From assembly GCF_009914755.1 (NCBI RefSeq), contig NC_060928.1: DNA of 64,000 nucleotides; one strand, written 5' to 3'. The translations under genes and the position numbers were made by a program. The stretch's first letter is position 1. Each line of letters opens with the position of its first letter. Under the pieces are notes generated by a model. That model saw nothing but the letters and a program-made list of their open reading frames with translations. It was not told the DNA's origin and did no database searches. This DNA is from the human T2T-CHM13v2.0 reference genome, Homo sapiens. Of this stretch, positions 58,277 to 64,000 are shown piece by piece.

Positions 58277-58370
58277 GCAGTACAGACCCCAGAAGGGAGG
58301 CATTTGTGTTGCCAACCATACTTCCCCCATTGATGTTTTAATCTTGACAACGGATGGATGTTATGCTATG
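58277..58370 (+). CDS. GPAT3: GPAT3 coding exon 6 (94 nt) with catalytic HX4D motif
   Basis: acceptor ttgcag|; [31 protein letters not shown]; NHTSPID is acyltransferase motif I; donor ATG|GTAAGA; phase 0. Confidence 0.97.
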
Positions 58371-59871
58371 GTAAGAGCAGCTCATTGATATTTCAAGTAG
58401 TTGCATGTTTTATGGATTGATCAAACTTTTTATTTTGGCATAAATTAGCAAGTTGGTTTTATGTTAGAAATTTGACTGCGTTATACTATTGTAGCTATAT
58501 AAGTTATGTAATGTATTTACATGAGGAATATGTAGTGCAAGAAAAGGAAGGAAAATAGCCATGATATTTAAGATGGTAAAAAATTAACTTACTGAAATGC
58601 AGACATTCTTGAGCTTAATAGGACCTTGTAAAGTTGATTCCATTTTCCTTGTAAAATCCCTGCCAGTGTTTAATAATATTTGCAACATTAAATTCTTTCT
58701 TTTTACAGTTGCACATATCCCCTAGCCAGCCAATTACTTCTTTCTTCCTTCAGGGACTTATATGCAATTAAAAGAAATCTGGCTCTTTAATGAGGATCTA
58801 GCAAGAAAGGCAAATATTTATATCAGGTTGTCTTTCTCAGTCCTTGCCCATAGCCCCAAAAGAAAAGAAAATGAAACAAACCCAAGAACAAACTACAAAG
58901 CCTACAGTAAAACTGTACATCTCAAAACAGCCTTTCTTGGGGATGAATATAGGAATCATATTCTTTTTTTTTTTTTTTTTTTTCAAATCTGTGTTTTCTG
59001 TTGCCCTTGCAAATTTGTCAAGATTTCTTGCATCTCCTTTCTGTGTCAGGTAAATTCTGCAGGATAATTGAAGCTGCATGGTAGTTAAATATGCCTTCAG
59101 TTGGTGTTTGGCATAGAATGCCTGGACAAGGGTCCTAGGGGATCGCCTTTTCAAATTTTCATGGTGGTGGGTTGGGCTTCAGGGAGAGTAGATGGGTTTT
59201 ATTTCACTTACCAGTTCCAGGGATTGACAGCCATGGTTTGGTGTGTTTTTCTGGGAAGGCATTTGAAGGGAGCCATTTTTGATTAAATGTCGCTGCAAGT
59301 AGGAAGGTGGAGAGTATTGGCACATGTGCAAGTATTTGACTCTGCATGGGTTACACAATCATTAAGGGGATTTTGAAGGCCTTTGCAAAAATTTCTGCTT
59401 ATTGCCATGTGTTTAATCTGTCTAAAATACATGGCCAGATATATAACTCTTGGATACTACATTTTAACACGTTATTAAATTTCTCTAAATAATGGAGCTC
59501 TTTCTGAATCTAAGAAAGCGTTAGCCACCTTTATGAAAAGACTTATGAGAATTGGTAGTTCTTAATCTTTTCTTAGGTTAGGAATTAGTTGATAGTTATG
59601 TACCTTTTTAAAGAAAAAAACTAACCATATCTGCATCATACAAACAACAATTTTATGTATAATTTCAAGATGTTTATGGGTCTCCCTAAAGACCATCCAA
59701 GGACCCTCATGTTAACACCCTAGACCCCGCAGCACAGTTCTGAGTGTATGTAATAATCCTTGTATTTATGTGGACACTTTCATGCATTATATTTGACCTT
59801 CCCTGTAATCCAATCAGGTTAGGTCTGAGATTTTATTATAGATGAGGAAGCAGAGGCTTAGGCAACCAATC

Positions 59872-60174
59872 TGCCTAAGTTGATTTTGTGCTGCTACAAC
59901 AGAATACCACAGACTGTAACTTATAATGAACAGAAATTTATTGACTAACAGTTCTGGAGGCTGGGAAGTCCAATATCAAGGTGCCAGCATCTGTCCATGG
60001 TCTTCTTGCTGAGTCATCACATGGTATAAGGCAGAAGGGCCAAAAGCCCAAGAAAGCAAACCTACTCCCAGAGCCATTTTATAAGGGCTTTAATCCATCC
60101 ATGAGGAGAGCACCCTCATGGCCTCAGTATCTCTCGTTATGCCCCACCTCCCAAAACTGTTGCAAACCATAACA
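59872..60174 (-). mobile_element. MaLR LTR (MSTC/D- or MLT1A-like), internally deleted
   Basis: gtgctgctacaacagaataccacagactg...cagttctggaggctgggaagtccaatatcaaggtgccagcatctg...aaaccataaca. Confidence 0.75.
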
Positions 60175-60915
60175 CTCCTTGGTCATGGTTTTGTGTTTCA
60201 GAAATCATATTCCTCCTGTATTCTGGTCAACAAAGAGTTGAGTATAACCCATTTGTAACCAAGGACCTCAGAACTTTGTTGGCATTTTCTTTACTTTTAG
60301 ATCATGTATAACCGCAATTACAATATATTAGCCAAAATTTAGAAAAGCATAGTAACTGTAAACTGTCCAGTGGGTTGAGTGTAGAAAACTAAAGTTGACT
60401 GAATTTAAATTGGAGGTGGCGTAAGGCAGATGTGGGATGATACCATGCCATTAGCCTCCAGACATCATAATTGGCCTCTTTTGACTAAACATAAACTCTG
60501 TATTGAAAGAACATCAAAGATCTCTTCTCAGTGACTCTCCTTTTATTAAAAGAAATCTACTGTTTAATTGACAAATAAAAATTATATATATTTGTAGTAT
60601 ACAACAGATGTTTTGATAGATGTATACATTGTAGAATGGCTAAATCAAGCTAATTAACATATCCATTACCTCACTCAGTGACTTTTCTAGTCTTGTTTTT
60701 CCCTCTAGACAAAGACCTCTACTTTTTTAAATTTAGAAATGTTTTCAAGCTTACAGAAAAGTTATAATAATAAGAAAATCACATTAGAGCACCCTTATGC
60801 CCTTTATCCACATTTACCTGTTGGTAAGATTGTGCCTCATTTGCTTTGTCATTTGCTTTCTCAGGTACTGGGAAAAGCTCTCTTGTTCTGTCTCTCCCTA
60901 TAAAAATGTGGGTAA

Positions 60916-62660
<1,745 letters not shown>

Positions 62661-62922
62661 GTTGACCAAGTTGAAAAACCTCTACTTTTTGAAGTTAGAG
62701 GATTGCTAGCACAGCAACGTAACTTAAAATTCAAAGGTGCTACTAAAGAATACCTTTTTGCTTACATTTGGCCTTTCAGACTATTTGATCAGACTAAGAA
62801 CTTCAGTCAGTAGAAGGCCAATCATATTTTTGAGTGGAGAATAGAAATTTGTTGGTACTTAAAAAACTTTCTTTGCACAACGGTGCCTTTTACGTTTTTT
62901 CCTTTTCTTATGCTACTTCTAG

Positions 62923-63038
62923 GTTGGCCAGGTTCATGGCGGCTTGATGGGAATTATTCAGAGAGCTATGGTCAAGGCTTGTCCTCATGTCTGGTTTGAA
63001 CGCTCAGAAATGAAGGATCGACACCTGGTTACTAAGAG
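62923..63038 (+). CDS. GPAT3: GPAT3 coding exon 7 (116 nt); CDS continues beyond the window
   Basis: acceptor ccttttcttatgctacttctag|; VGQVHGGLMGIIQRAMVKACPHVWFERSEMKDRHLVTK (motif II region WFER); donor GAG|GTAAGC. Confidence 0.96.
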
Positions 63039-63501
63039 GTAAGCAGTGAAATTACTCAGCATTCACTGGAGTAGCATAAAAGCTGACCAATCTTGGCCTT
63101 GCTACCAAAGAGGGCCGAGCAGCACTGAGTCTCAAAACTGAAACAGAGCCCTGTTTGCTGTTGGATTTTTCTGGCAAATCACCTGTCTTAGCCAGATTTT
63201 TAAAAAATGTAATTCTGTAGTCATGGTAGGATATATGATGGGATTGGAAGGCCAATGTATTTATATTGCTGTGACTTAGATATAGTCCAGTCACTGAATT
63301 TTCAAAGATAAAAATTACCACCTTTAAATTAGATATGATCTCACTTGAGTATAAGCAATTAAAAAAATAAATTAGATATGTATACTTTACCTCAATAAAA
63401 AATATATAAAAAAGAAAAAAAAACCACCTTGAAGGTTAAATATTTGATAACTACTTGCTAAATATATGATTGATTAAGTGTTTGCTGAATGATTGTTATC
63501 A

Positions 63502-63805
<304 letters not shown>

Positions 63806-64000
63806 AGATCCAGCTAGAGACAGAGGAATGGGAGAAGGAACCTCTGGGGTTTAGGGTAGAGATGAGCTACCAGAAACCTTCGTTAGGAAACAGCTTTTGG
63901 CCCGAGGCCTTTAACTGGAAGGCACATTGGTTATCGCTTCTATAAACACAAAGGTGGTCCATTACTCTTAATATAATGAAAAGTACTTGATGAATCTGCT

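Overview
Primate, almost certainly human, genomic DNA that is AT-rich and Alu-dense (about 50 Alu copies). It carries the CpG-island promoter and the first seven coding exons of GPAT3 (AGPAT9, ER glycerol-3-phosphate acyltransferase 3) on the + strand. The spliced exons give 284 codons, MEGAELAGKILSTW...NHTSPID...WFERSEMKDRHLVTK, all introns are GT-AG, intron 2 is about 37 kb, and the gene continues past the window end. The rest is repeats: Alu, MIR, old L1M, MaLR/MER21/LTR14 solo LTRs, hAT MITEs, a truncated U2 retrocopy and microsatellites. Almost all other ORFs in the track are repeat artefacts. I found no new protein-coding system. Best leads: (1) a roughly 800-bp patchwork about 3.4 kb upstream of the ATG, built from direct and inverted copies of neighbouring sequence and resembling an iterative template-switch repair scar; (2) an exact 16-nt duplicate of the exon-1 donor sitting directly behind a strong splice acceptor in the 5' leader; (3) a TSD-flanked orphan micro-retroposon; (4) intronic AP-1/ARE/RUNX and DR1 motif clusters; (5) several snap-back palindromes and a micro-inversion. 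Repeat subfamily names come from remembered consensus sequences and need RepeatMasker/Dfam confirmation.
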